Part shown: piece after piece, positions 7,717 to 16,107 of the stretch
How the letters are laid out: every line of letters starts with the position of its first letter
How positions within the stretch are numbered: position 1 is the first letter of the stretch
Made by a program: the position numbers and the translations under genes
Notes under the pieces: generated by a model
The model's database searches: none
Told to the model about the DNA's origin: nothing
The model's input: the letters and a program-made list of their open reading frames with translations, nothing else
Assembly: GCF_003044035.1 (NCBI RefSeq)
Contig: NZ_NVQC01000015.1
Coordinates: forward strand, 120,001-152,000
Reading direction: 5' to 3'
DNA from: Candidatus Methylomirabilis limnetica
Lineage (GTDB): Bacteria; Methylomirabilota; Methylomirabilia; Methylomirabilales; Methylomirabilaceae
Length of the DNA stretch: 32,000 nucleotides

Positions 7717-8280
7717 TTAGAAGGGAACCATGGCCGGCTCAATCTGCAGGTTCTTCATCATGATCACGAGATCATGTTCCTCCCCTGTTTGATCTTTGAC
7801 GTAGTTGTAGAAGACCGCCTCCTTTTCGAATCCTAACCGCTTAAGAGCACTCAGATTATCCGCCTGATCCCTTATGATCTCGGCGACGAGAATTTCAAGG
7901 CCCATCTTCTTGGCGGTGTCGATCAGTTCCCTGATCATGAGCGTCCCGAGACCCTCCCCCCGGTAGTCTACATCGACGACCATGCGCACCTTTCCCACAT
8001 GACTAGTCCAGCCGAATTTGCGGCAATGCAAGGTGGCATCAGCCACGATGGTGTCGTCCACCAAGGCTACGAGCGGAAGGACCTTCTCGTAATCAAGCTC
8101 TTCCGCCCACGAATCGATCACCTCCCGGAGGGATACATCGTCCCGCAGAAAGAGACGATCCTCGCGCGGCACCTTGCAGAAGAAGGCATGAAGCTTCTCC
8201 GCATCCTCTTTGACTATTGGGCGAATCGTGACGCTCGTTCCGGTCTGAAGTGTGACCTGCTTTGGAAATCCGGCTAGCAT
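7717..8280 (-). CDS. GNAT-family N-acetyltransferase
   Basis: 187 aa. Acetyl-CoA site pattern VDVDYRGEGLGTLMIRELID. AAGGAGG SD before the ATG. Confidence 0.85.
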   Translation of the reverse strand: MLAGFPKQVTLQTGTSVTIRPIVKEDAEKLHAFFCKVPREDRLFLRDDVSLREVIDSWAEELDYEKVLPLVALVDDTIVADATLHCRKFGWTSHVGKVRMVVDVDYRGEGLGTLMIRELIDTAKKMGLEILVAEIIRDQADNLSALKRLGFEKEAVFYNYVKDQTGEEHDLVIMMKNLQIEPAMVPF

Positions 8281-8344
8281 GAGAGAGCCTCCTTTATCGT
8301 GAGGTTCGATCCTCTGTCGTGGCTCATGCCTTTCCCGTCCGTCA

Positions 8345-8671
8345 TCACCTGCTGGGCCCGGCCTTCTGCGGGGGCAGGTACTGCATGAGGGCCCGCTTGA
8401 TAAGCTCTGACGGGGTGATGTTGCGATTGGCAGCCTCTGCCGAGAGGCGCAAGATCACGGCACGCGGAAGGCGTATGCTCAAGTCTGCATGTGACTCTGT
8501 CGAACTGATATCCGCCCGCGTCTCTTCTGCCCGCACCTTTGCATCCAGCAAGGATAGGGCCACATCCTCGGCATCGAGCGGTCTCTCTACCTCTATTCCG
8601 AGATCCCTCGAAGGTTCAGCCTCTGTCGATTCTGCCTGTTGCTTCTGCAATGGCACAGCCTTTGGCTTCAT
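8345..8671 (-). CDS. ribbon-helix-helix (CopG-like) protein, translationally coupled to the P-type ATPase
   Basis: Last 108 codons of the listed 240-aa ORF: MKPKAVPLQK...LSIRLPRAVILRLSAEAANRNITPSELIKRALMQYL. This is a beta-strand plus two helices of RHH type at the C-terminus, with an acidic N-terminal half. ATG 8671 overlaps the ATPase stop (ATGA). AGGAGGGG lies 7 nt upstream. Confidence 0.6.
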   Translation of the reverse strand: MKPKAVPLQKQQAESTEAEPSRDLGIEVERPLDAEDVALSLLDAKVRAEETRADISSTESHADLSIRLPRAVILRLSAEAANRNITPSELIKRALMQYLPPQKAGPSR

Positions 8672-11427
8672 GCGGTCCCCTCCTGATAACGAAGTCCTTT
8701 CCCTGGATCGAGACGGCGAACGATGCCCTTCCTCGCCTCTTCCGCAAGGAGCAACAGCGCCGCAAAGACTAGCAGAGACCACCAGAACCTTCCATCGAAG
8801 GCTGCGGTCCCGAAGATCCGGTTCCCGATCTGGCTGTAGACGATCAGGCCGAGAATTGAGATCTCGACCGCGATACCCCAGACGATGAGTCGGTTCCTGA
8901 AGAGGCCCATGGAGAGGATCGATGCCCTCGGGCTCCGGCAAGCATAGACGTTCGCCACCTGGCAGATGACGATCGCGGCGAACGCTACCGTCGTCGCCTG
9001 CCTGTAGAGCGGGCTCTCCGCTGACAGGTCGATGCCCCACTCCCATCCACCGGTAGTAAGATACCACAGCCCGGCGCTCATGGCCGCAGCCGCTTCGATC
9101 GGTCCGAGAAAAAGGTACGATCTGGCCAACAACGGGAAATTCAAAAGGCGCTCCTCTCTGGACCTCGGCGGGCGATCCATCGTGTTCGGATCCGACGGCT
9201 CGGCCCCGAGACCCAGGGCCGGCAGCATATCAGTGCCCAAGTCAACAGCCAGGATCTGAACCACCGTAAGCAGGAGGGGGATCCGAAACACCACCGAGGC
9301 CAGATAGGGGACGATCTCCGGAATGTTGCTCGCAAGGATGTAGGTGACGAACTTCCGGATGTTCTCATAGACCGCCCGCCCCTCTTCTACGGCGTTGACG
9401 ATGGTGGCGAAGTTGTCATCGAGCAGAACGATGTCGGCAGCCTCCTTGGCGACATCGGTCCCGGCGATCCCCATAGCGATTCCGATGTCGGCCTTCTTCA
9501 AGGCCGGGGCGTCATTGACCCCGTCGCCTGTGACAGCGACCACCTCTCCCATCTCCTGAAGGAGCGTCACGACCCGCATCTTCTGGGTAGGGGTCATCCT
9601 GGCAAAGAGAATCTCCGGGCTGGCGAGGGCGGCCTTGAGCTCCTCGTCCCGCATCCGTTCGACCTGGCTACCCTCAAGAACCAGCGCTTCATCCCCGTGG
9701 ACCATCCCGATAGCCCGTGCGATGGCCAGGGCGGTGCGACTGTTATCCCCGGTAATCATGATCGGCTTGATCCCAGCCCTCCTGCAGCGGGCTACCGCAT
9801 CGGGGACCTCCGGTCTTGGCGGATCGTACATGGCGATCAGGCCGACGAAGGTCAGATCCCCCTCCGTCTCTTCCATCAACGGGAGCTGGGCGGCATCCGG
9901 CAACTCGCGGTACGCCAGGGCCAATACCCGCAGGGCCGACCCGGCAAACGCATTCAGCCGGTCAACGATCGCCTCACGCTCGGCTTCCCCCAGACCCATC
10001 ACGAGCCCATCACGCAGGACATAGCGGCAGATCGACAACACCGATTCGGGGGCGCCTTTCACGTAGGCCACTCTGCTCGCAGACGTCGTCGCGTGAATTG
10101 TGGTCATCCGCTTCCGGTCGGCATCGAATGGGAATTCCCCAACTCGAGGCGATAAGTCAGGCCCGTTGGGCAGCAGCGCGGCTGCACATTCCAGCAGGGC
10201 GATTTCCGTCGGGTCACCGACGAACGTTGAGGCTGCTGCTCCATCCCGGTCGTGGTGGCGACTGGCGTTATTGCACCCGACCGCTATCGCAAAGAGTGGC
10301 GCCCACTGTCTCAGAAGATCGGGGGTCACTGGTCCTCCTGCCTCCGTGGTCACTGAACCACCAGAAACCCGAATCTCGCGGCCGTCGAGGTAAATGCGTG
10401 TAACAGCCATCCGATTCTCCGTGAGGGTCCCGGTCTTATCAGTGCAGATCACCGTGGCGCATCCCAGCGTCTCCACAGACACCAGGTTCTTTATGAGCGC
10501 CTTCCGTTTGGCCATCCGCTGCCCACTCACAGCCAATGCGAGGGTCACCGTCGGCAGGAGGCCTTCCGGAACGTTGGCCACCAGGAGTCCTACCGCAAAG
10601 ACAAAATTCTCCCAGAAGCTCCGACCCATCAGGACCCCGAGCCCAAAGAACGCGAGGCCGATACCGATGGAGATCGCAGCGATCACTCGAGTAACCTTTC
10701 GGATTTCTTGCTGAAGAGGGCTCATCTCGGCCTCGACCCCCGAGGTCAAGTGGGCGATCTTACCGAACTCCGTGCTCATCCCCGTCGCAAAGATAACCAC
10801 CCTCGCCGTCCCTGAGAGGACGGTAGTGCCGGCAAAGACGACGTTGGCGCTCTCGACGAGGGGGCCCTCCGTCGCGGCCTCGGCCGTGCGGGTCTTGGGG
10901 ACCGATTCGCCCGTCAGTGGAGCGTTGTTGACCCGGAACTGGACCGTAGCGATCACCCGCCCATCGGCAGGTACTCGATCTCCCTCAGCCAGAATCGCAA
11001 CATCACCCGGCGCCAGCATGGACGCTGAGGTCTCCCTGACCTCGCCGGCACGAAGGACCTTTACGCGCATAGGCAGCAGAAGCCTCAAGGCGATGATCGC
11101 CCGCTCTGCCTTGTATTCTTGCACGAAGGAGAAGAGGGCGTTCACGCCGACCACTCCGATGATGGCCCAGCCGAGCAGATTCATTCCCTGCCCGGGCTTC
11201 ATCCAATCCGCTACGAACGCCAGCGCCGCTGCAGTCCAGAGGAGAATGGCCAGGAAATGGGTACACTGCCTCCCCAGCATAGCAAGGACCGGTATCCTTT
11301 CCGCAGCCTGAAGTTCGTTGGGACCGAATTCGCTAAGCCGCCTCTCTGCCTCGGCCTCGCTCAACCCTTGGTCAGTGGTTCCAAGGGCCTTCAGCGCCTC
11401 TTCAGGTGACAGACGGTGAATCTGCAT
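8668..11427 (-). CDS. cation-transporting P-type ATPase (type II, Ca2+/Mg2+-ATPase-like)
   Basis: 919 aa. Motifs: ICTDKTGTLTENRM, MITGDN, VAVTGDGVNDAPALKKADIGIAMG. N-terminal cation-ATPase-N-like segment LSPEEALKALGTTDQGLSEAEAERRL. Confidence 0.95.
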   Translation of the reverse strand: MQIHRLSPEEALKALGTTDQGLSEAEAERRLSEFGPNELQAAERIPVLAMLGRQCTHFLAILLWTAAALAFVADWMKPGQGMNLLGWAIIGVVGVNALFSFVQEYKAERAIIALRLLLPMRVKVLRAGEVRETSASMLAPGDVAILAEGDRVPADGRVIATVQFRVNNAPLTGESVPKTRTAEAATEGPLVESANVVFAGTTVLSGTARVVIFATGMSTEFGKIAHLTSGVEAEMSPLQQEIRKVTRVIAAISIGIGLAFFGLGVLMGRSFWENFVFAVGLLVANVPEGLLPTVTLALAVSGQRMAKRKALIKNLVSVETLGCATVICTDKTGTLTENRMAVTRIYLDGREIRVSGGSVTTEAGGPVTPDLLRQWAPLFAIAVGCNNASRHHDRDGAAASTFVGDPTEIALLECAAALLPNGPDLSPRVGEFPFDADRKRMTTIHATTSASRVAYVKGAPESVLSICRYVLRDGLVMGLGEAEREAIVDRLNAFAGSALRVLALAYRELPDAAQLPLMEETEGDLTFVGLIAMYDPPRPEVPDAVARCRRAGIKPIMITGDNSRTALAIARAIGMVHGDEALVLEGSQVERMRDEELKAALASPEILFARMTPTQKMRVVTLLQEMGEVVAVTGDGVNDAPALKKADIGIAMGIAGTDVAKEAADIVLLDDNFATIVNAVEEGRAVYENIRKFVTYILASNIPEIVPYLASVVFRIPLLLTVVQILAVDLGTDMLPALGLGAEPSDPNTMDRPPRSREERLLNFPLLARSYLFLGPIEAAAAMSAGLWYLTTGGWEWGIDLSAESPLYRQATTVAFAAIVICQVANVYACRSPRASILSMGLFRNRLIVWGIAVEISILGLIVYSQIGNRIFGTAAFDGRFWWSLLVFAALLLLAEEARKGIVRRLDPGKGLRYQEGTA

Positions 11428-11450
11428 ATTGACTCATCGCCCGCATGATC

Positions 11451-12263
11451 TCAGGCGGCTGCCGGCCGGAAAAGCATCAGATCGCAAGGGCTCTTCCGCA
11501 CCAAATAATCCACGGTACCAGCACGTAACCACCGCAGGAAGCTCTGCGGCCCCTTGGTACCCAAAAAGATGAGATCGTGCCGCCTAGCCGCCGCCTCAGC
11601 CGTGATCCCAGGACCGTGGCGACGGCCCCACGAGACCCGCGTCCCAGGAGCCAGACCTCGGCGGGAGAGCGCCACAATGAACGGGTGCAACTTACGTTCC
11701 GCTTGTTCCGGCGTCTCCCCTCCAAAGCGCTGGCGATCGAACAGTCGCGTTAACGGTTGCCTCAACTGGAAGAGAACGATTCGGGCTTGCCAGTACCCTC
11801 CAAGGTTGGCCAGGAGGTCGGCCGCCGCATCGAGGCCACCGCCTTCAAACTCACCGGAATAGACCGGGACCAGGATCTCGTGTGGTGAAGCCATCCTTCC
11901 AGGATGGACGACCCGGACCAGCAATATCGCACATGGGATCTCACGGAGGAGGCGACGCACAACCTCCGGTCTTGTCACGGACGCCATGGCCAGCGTGATC
12001 TCCTCGCGCGCCACATATTCCCGCATGACCCGGACCGGATCGCCGATCTCTGTCACGCTCCGCACCTTCAGGCCAAGGGCATGCGCCTGTCTAAAAAGAT
12101 GCAGCAGCGACTCCTCGGCGCGTCTCATCGCCTCACCAGATTGATCCTCCGCGACAAAGAGCAACTCGATCTCCGCCCCGCAGGCCTTGGCCAAAGCAAG
12201 AGCGTAGCGCGCTCCGGCTTCCGCGGCGAAAGAGCCGTCCACCATCATCAGGATCTTCTGCAT
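11451..12263 (-). CDS. tandem universal stress protein (two USP domains)
   Basis: MQKILMMVDGSFAAEAGARYALALAKACGAEIELLFV..., then a second module ILVPVYSGEFEGGGLDAAADL...IFLGTKG. Start placed at Met-9 (12263), 7 nt after the upstream stop. The ATG at 12287 is an alternative. Confidence 0.8.
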   Translation of the reverse strand: MQKILMMVDGSFAAEAGARYALALAKACGAEIELLFVAEDQSGEAMRRAEESLLHLFRQAHALGLKVRSVTEIGDPVRVMREYVAREEITLAMASVTRPEVVRRLLREIPCAILLVRVVHPGRMASPHEILVPVYSGEFEGGGLDAAADLLANLGGYWQARIVLFQLRQPLTRLFDRQRFGGETPEQAERKLHPFIVALSRRGLAPGTRVSWGRRHGPGITAEAAARRHDLIFLGTKGPQSFLRWLRAGTVDYLVRKSPCDLMLFRPAAA

Positions 12264-12270
12264 CACCGCC

Positions 12271-12915
12271 CTAGCGCATAAACTCACTGACGACCTGCGG
12301 ATAACCGCGCTCCGTCAGAGCCTTGACGATGGGGTCTGGATTGATGGTCCGAAGTCTCAAGATCAGGAGTCGCCTCGCCCCTTCACGAGCCGGCAGGGTC
12401 ACGAGGCTGGCGATCTCCACCTGCTTCCCCTCGACGATCCCGATGACCTCGGTGAGTACGCCTGGGCTTGCCGAGATCTCGATCTCGATGCGAGACGCGG
12501 TCTGTGTGGCCCCCATCATCTCAGTCATGACACCAAGGACATCGGTCTCGGTGAGGATCCCGACCAGCAGCCCCTCCTGAACCACCGGGAGCGCGCCGAT
12601 CCGCTTCTGGTTCATCAGACAGGCTGCATCCTCGATGGGGGTAAGAGGAGAGACCGTGACCACCTCCTTTGTCATAATGTCTTTGACGATCACTGCGGAT
12701 GTGAAGGCCCGGAACTCCTCCACGGTTGGATAGTCAAAGGGAGAGGGGGCGGCCTTCTTCACGTCCCGGTCCGAGACAATCCCCACCACACGGTCTCCTT
12801 CGACCACCGGGAGGTGGCGGATATTGAACCGCCTCAACGTCATCAGCGCATGATCCAGCGTGTCAGACTGGGATAGACTGACCAGCGAACGCCTCATTCG
12901 ATCCTTAACTCGCAT
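12271..12915 (-). CDS. CBS-pair plus ACT-like domain protein (AcuB-like)
   Basis: Two CBS motifs (HLPVVEGDRVVGIVSDRDV; GALPVVQEGLLVGILTETDV), then an ACT-like tail (RIEIEISASPGVLTEVIGIVEGKQVEIASLVTL). AAGGAG lies 7 nt before ATG 12915. Confidence 0.85.
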   Translation of the reverse strand: MRVKDRMRRSLVSLSQSDTLDHALMTLRRFNIRHLPVVEGDRVVGIVSDRDVKKAAPSPFDYPTVEEFRAFTSAVIVKDIMTKEVVTVSPLTPIEDAACLMNQKRIGALPVVQEGLLVGILTETDVLGVMTEMMGATQTASRIEIEISASPGVLTEVIGIVEGKQVEIASLVTLPAREGARRLLILRLRTINPDPIVKALTERGYPQVVSEFMR

Positions 12916-13065
12916 CGTCACGCTCCTTTCCTTTGCCTCAGCAAATCGGATACTTCCCCGCGGTCAACTCAACGCAGAAATCGGCCAAGCGGTTCGGCCC
13001 TTGACCGATCACCAGCTCGGCCTCTTGTCTGATCCGTTCACAACCCCCAGCCTATCACATCCGGA

Positions 13066-13093
13066 CGCGGCAAGCTGCGCGGAATGAGCCCCC
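13066..13093 (+). repeat. solo terminal module of the mosaic repeat
   Basis: CGCGGCAAGCTGCGCGGAATGAGCCCCC. Compare the 3' end of copy A, CGCGGCAAGCCGCAGGGAATGAACCCCC. Confidence 0.4.
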
Positions 13094-13175
13094 TGCAGAT
13101 TCAATGAGGGCATACTGACCATTCTTCGGTGTCAGGAATAGCGCTTGCCAGAGACCAAGAGCTTCCCTGCCCACA

Positions 13176-14039
13176 TCAGGCTGCTTCGCGTTCCGGATCT
13201 CCCTCGACCACTGCCTGATCGCGCCGTCTGCGGTACGGTTGGCACCGAACGTGCTCGGCCTTTGTGCACAGATCGCGAAACTCGGCAACGGTAACAACTT
13301 GAAGCCCCCCGTAAGGGTGCGCCAAGCAGTATCCTTCGATGCGGTACCAGGAGTGGGGAGTGGTTCGTCGCAGGTAGGGGCACGCCTCACTTCGCTCACC
13401 CTGCTCACCTGCGCTATCCGGAGCCTGTAGGTCCGACAGCACATTCATCACGCTTCCTCCGCGGTCAGCCTCACGATCCCTGTTCAACGAGACTGTCGCC
13501 TGGCCGACCTGAAAGGCTTCAAGAAACCTCACCACCCGATCTGCAGCTTGCGTCACTTGAAGCTCCTCGGTATCAAGCACGAGCTCAGGGTGAAGCGGTG
13601 GCTCGTACACCTCATCGACGCCCGGAACAGTCGATCCCTTGCGACCCGCTTGCCCATAGACATCAGCAGGAGCGTGGCTGCCACGCCGACACCCCGCCCG
13701 CGCCAGACAAGCCGGGAGAGACGCGCAGAGAAAGATCTCAGCAAAGGCAGGGATCAGCGCCCGGGCCACATCGCGGAACCGTCGTCTGTGGGCGGTCGCA
13801 TCGATGATCACGCTCACCCCCTCGTTGTAGAGAAGCCACGCCATGTAGGCGAGGGCGAGATAGAGAACCTCGCGCTCCTCGGCTGTATAGCTTGGTGAGG
13901 GGGTTACCACCCTGCGGATCTCATCGAGTTCCAACACCCGCACCCGAATTCCGCGTTCCTCCAGGCGCCGAGCGACCTCACGCCCCACGCTACTCTTGCC
14001 GCTTCCGGGAAGTCCTGTGAGCCACGTCACCCACGCCAT
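13176..14039 (-). CDS. CysC (APS-kinase)-like P-loop kinase with ~90-aa Cys/His-rich C-terminal extension
   Basis: P-loop GLPGSGKSS. CysC-like C-terminal signature VPGVDEVYEPPLHPELVLDT. The CysC LDGDNVR position reads LELDEIR. The tail (from 13448) carries C-x17-C-x19-C-x7-C. Confidence 0.75.
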   Translation of the reverse strand: MAWVTWLTGLPGSGKSSVGREVARRLEERGIRVRVLELDEIRRVVTPSPSYTAEEREVLYLALAYMAWLLYNEGVSVIIDATAHRRRFRDVARALIPAFAEIFLCASLPACLARAGCRRGSHAPADVYGQAGRKGSTVPGVDEVYEPPLHPELVLDTEELQVTQAADRVVRFLEAFQVGQATVSLNRDREADRGGSVMNVLSDLQAPDSAGEQGERSEACPYLRRTTPHSWYRIEGYCLAHPYGGLQVVTVAEFRDLCTKAEHVRCQPYRRRRDQAVVEGDPEREAA

Positions 14040-14049
14040 CGCAATCTCC

Positions 14050-15177
14050 TTACATCAGGTATCGATTGAGATCCTTGTGATCGAACTGCTCGACTTGGAG
14101 CATCGCCTTGGCGAACCGAAATAGCTTCACGCGCACCTGCTCCGGAAGGTCAGGATACCAGCGCGGGCTCGCGATCACTAAAGCCCGAAAAACGTAGAAG
14201 GGTGGGATTACGGAGTTCAGCTCCAGATCGTGGGTCCGCTCAAGGTACTCGCCGTAAAAGAGATCGAACAGCTCCCGGAATGGCCCCTCCATTTGCCCCG
14301 ACCGCAAGAGCGAGAAGAAAAGGTAATTGATGCTCAAGGCCGCGATGTCATCGGCCGGCTCCCCCCACTCCCCACGACTCCGGTCGAGCAGCGTAAAATC
14401 GGTCCCCTCTCGAAAGAGGATGTTCCAGGGGTGAAAATCGCCGTGAACGATACTCAGGCGCTCGGCCTTTTCTTTCAGGTAGTGTCGCCAGGCCATACAT
14501 CCGCTCTCTATGAGGTACTGTTGTTGGGATGGGAGGGGGAGATACCCGGCCGGGTACCCATCAAGGATCCCCATGATCCCCTCACCGTGGCCGATCAGAT
14601 CCCGGATCCGACGGAAGTACAACTGGACATCCTGGCCTTTCTCTGCGTGAATCTTCGCCAGATACCCAGAGAGCGCCCTGGCCCGGTCGAAGTCGGAAGC
14701 GGTCGCCTTCCCCTCGGTCCGAATCCGCTCAAGATCGACCCGATACACAGCCCCATCGACCTTCTCTACGAGGAGGAAGTATTCCTTTGCGCGCCCAGCC
14801 GATTGCAACTGTCCTTCGTCGGTGAAGAAGCCGACGTCAAGGCTCCCTACGTGGCGCGCAAGCTTCCCGTAGGCGGCATGCGCCCAGATCAAGGAGCCCG
14901 CCCTGTCGGCCATGTGATCGTGGCCAAAGCCCGGGCCTCTCCGCATCGTGGAGAGGACGTACGAACGGGGAATCCCGTTGAGGAGCAGGTCGATCTGAAT
15001 CGGCTGGCCATAGCCGAACGCCTTCAGGTCGGAACCCCGCAGAACTCCGGGCTCCTGCATGGCAAAGGTGGACTCATCGCCCGTAAGCGGTCGAAAGGCC
15101 TGCACCTGTACGACGCCACCGAGGGCGACTTTGAGATACTGGGCCAGCGCCTCGTGCTGCACCGTCATCTCGCTCAC
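14050..15177 (-). CDS. aminoglycoside-phosphotransferase-fold (APH/eukaryotic-like) kinase
   Basis: Catalytic-loop pattern IVHGDFHPWNILF, and downstream LLDRSRGEWGEPADDIAAL. GTG start overlaps the USP stop (GTGA, 15174-15177). Stop is 10 nt before the P-loop kinase ATG. Confidence 0.8.
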   Translation of the reverse strand: MSEMTVQHEALAQYLKVALGGVVQVQAFRPLTGDESTFAMQEPGVLRGSDLKAFGYGQPIQIDLLLNGIPRSYVLSTMRRGPGFGHDHMADRAGSLIWAHAAYGKLARHVGSLDVGFFTDEGQLQSAGRAKEYFLLVEKVDGAVYRVDLERIRTEGKATASDFDRARALSGYLAKIHAEKGQDVQLYFRRIRDLIGHGEGIMGILDGYPAGYLPLPSQQQYLIESGCMAWRHYLKEKAERLSIVHGDFHPWNILFREGTDFTLLDRSRGEWGEPADDIAALSINYLFFSLLRSGQMEGPFRELFDLFYGEYLERTHDLELNSVIPPFYVFRALVIASPRWYPDLPEQVRVKLFRFAKAMLQVEQFDHKDLNRYLM

Positions 15178-15632
15178 CCCCTCTTTGCCGCCTCTACACC
15201 TTTCGTCGCCGGAAGCTTCACGGTCAGGACTGGGCAGGAGGCGTGGCGAACCACCCGCTCGGCGACACTTCCCAGAAAGACATGAGCCAGCCCGGTTCGT
15301 CCGCTGGTCCCCATCACGATGAGATCGATCTTTTCCTTCTCAGCAAACCTCGTGATCTCGGCATACTCTACCCCGACCTGCACGTCACGGTGAAAGACCA
15401 GGTTCGGCTCTTTGGCACCCTCTACCAGCTTATCCAAGCTCTCCTCAGCATTCTTGACCAGACCGTCGATGACCTGTCCAAGATCGTACTCCGGCGTCTG
15501 GGGAGGAAAGTAGATAACATGAAGAAGGTAGAGTTCAGCGCCAAATTCGCGGGCGAACGTGAGCGCATACTGGAATGCGTGTTCGGCATCATGGGAGAAG
15601 TCGGTCGGAAAAAGGACCCGTGAGATTTGCAT
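15174..15632 (-). CDS. universal stress protein (single USP domain)
   Basis: MQISRVLFPTDFSHDAEHAFQYALTFAREFGAELYLLHV...DLIVMGTSGRTGLAHVFLGSVAERVVRHASCPVLTV. Start at Met-37 of the listed ORF, preceded by CAGGAGGGA. Confidence 0.85.
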   Translation of the reverse strand: MQISRVLFPTDFSHDAEHAFQYALTFAREFGAELYLLHVIYFPPQTPEYDLGQVIDGLVKNAEESLDKLVEGAKEPNLVFHRDVQVGVEYAEITRFAEKEKIDLIVMGTSGRTGLAHVFLGSVAERVVRHASCPVLTVKLPATKGVEAAKRG

Positions 15633-15803
15633 TCGTCCCTCCTGTCGATTGCAATAACTGACCTTCCGCCCCTGCTCACGCGCTATAAGCTCCTTACAGG
15701 CTATCGGCCTGATGCTTAGAGCGCTGCCTCCTCTACACACAATCTATACCGGATACCACCAATCGGCTAGAGCATTTGAATGCGAAAATGGGTCAATTGA
15801 AGG

Positions 15804-15971
15804 AATAAACTACCCCGCAGCAAGCTGCAGGGTATCGTCTTCTGTTCTGGCCAGTCATTCCGTGCTTGACGAGCCTGCCCCGTACTGGATACGGGGGAAT
15901 CCAGTCGGACCCTCTGGATACCGGCTTTCGCCGGTATGACGAACTCGCGGCAAGCCGCGGGGTATCGAACC
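15804..15971 (+). repeat. mosaic hairpin-chain repeat, copy B (one 23-nt module at 15874-15896)
   Basis: Collinear with copies A and C. Contains one CCTGCCCCGTACTGGATACGGGG unit. Confidence 0.85.
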
Positions 15972-16107
15972 GCAACGCAAATGAATGGGGTTTGTCACGC
16001 GACCGACAGTGCTCGGCTGTGCAGGACTCAACATACTCGGCGACGCTGGGGATTCTGAGCTTCCCATCCAGGCGGCCTCGACAATAGCCTGTGACCGGCG
16101 CACATCC

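Noticed and set aside
8672-9067. N-terminal 132 codons of the listed 240-aa ORF (8345-9067)
   Set aside because: They overlap the P-type ATPase 3' end out of frame. Only the part from ATG 8671 has its own SD and an RHH-like fold.
13055-13444. 129-aa and 83-aa minus-strand ORFs overlapping the kinase tail
   Set aside because: They are alternative frames of the same strand within the longer ORF, with no SD, and they run into the solo repeat module.
14230-15285. 351-aa plus-strand ORF
   Set aside because: It is entirely antisense to the APH-fold kinase and USP genes, which have clear family motifs. Its sequence is low-complexity and Arg/Pro/Gly-rich, typical of shadow ORFs in GC-rich DNA.
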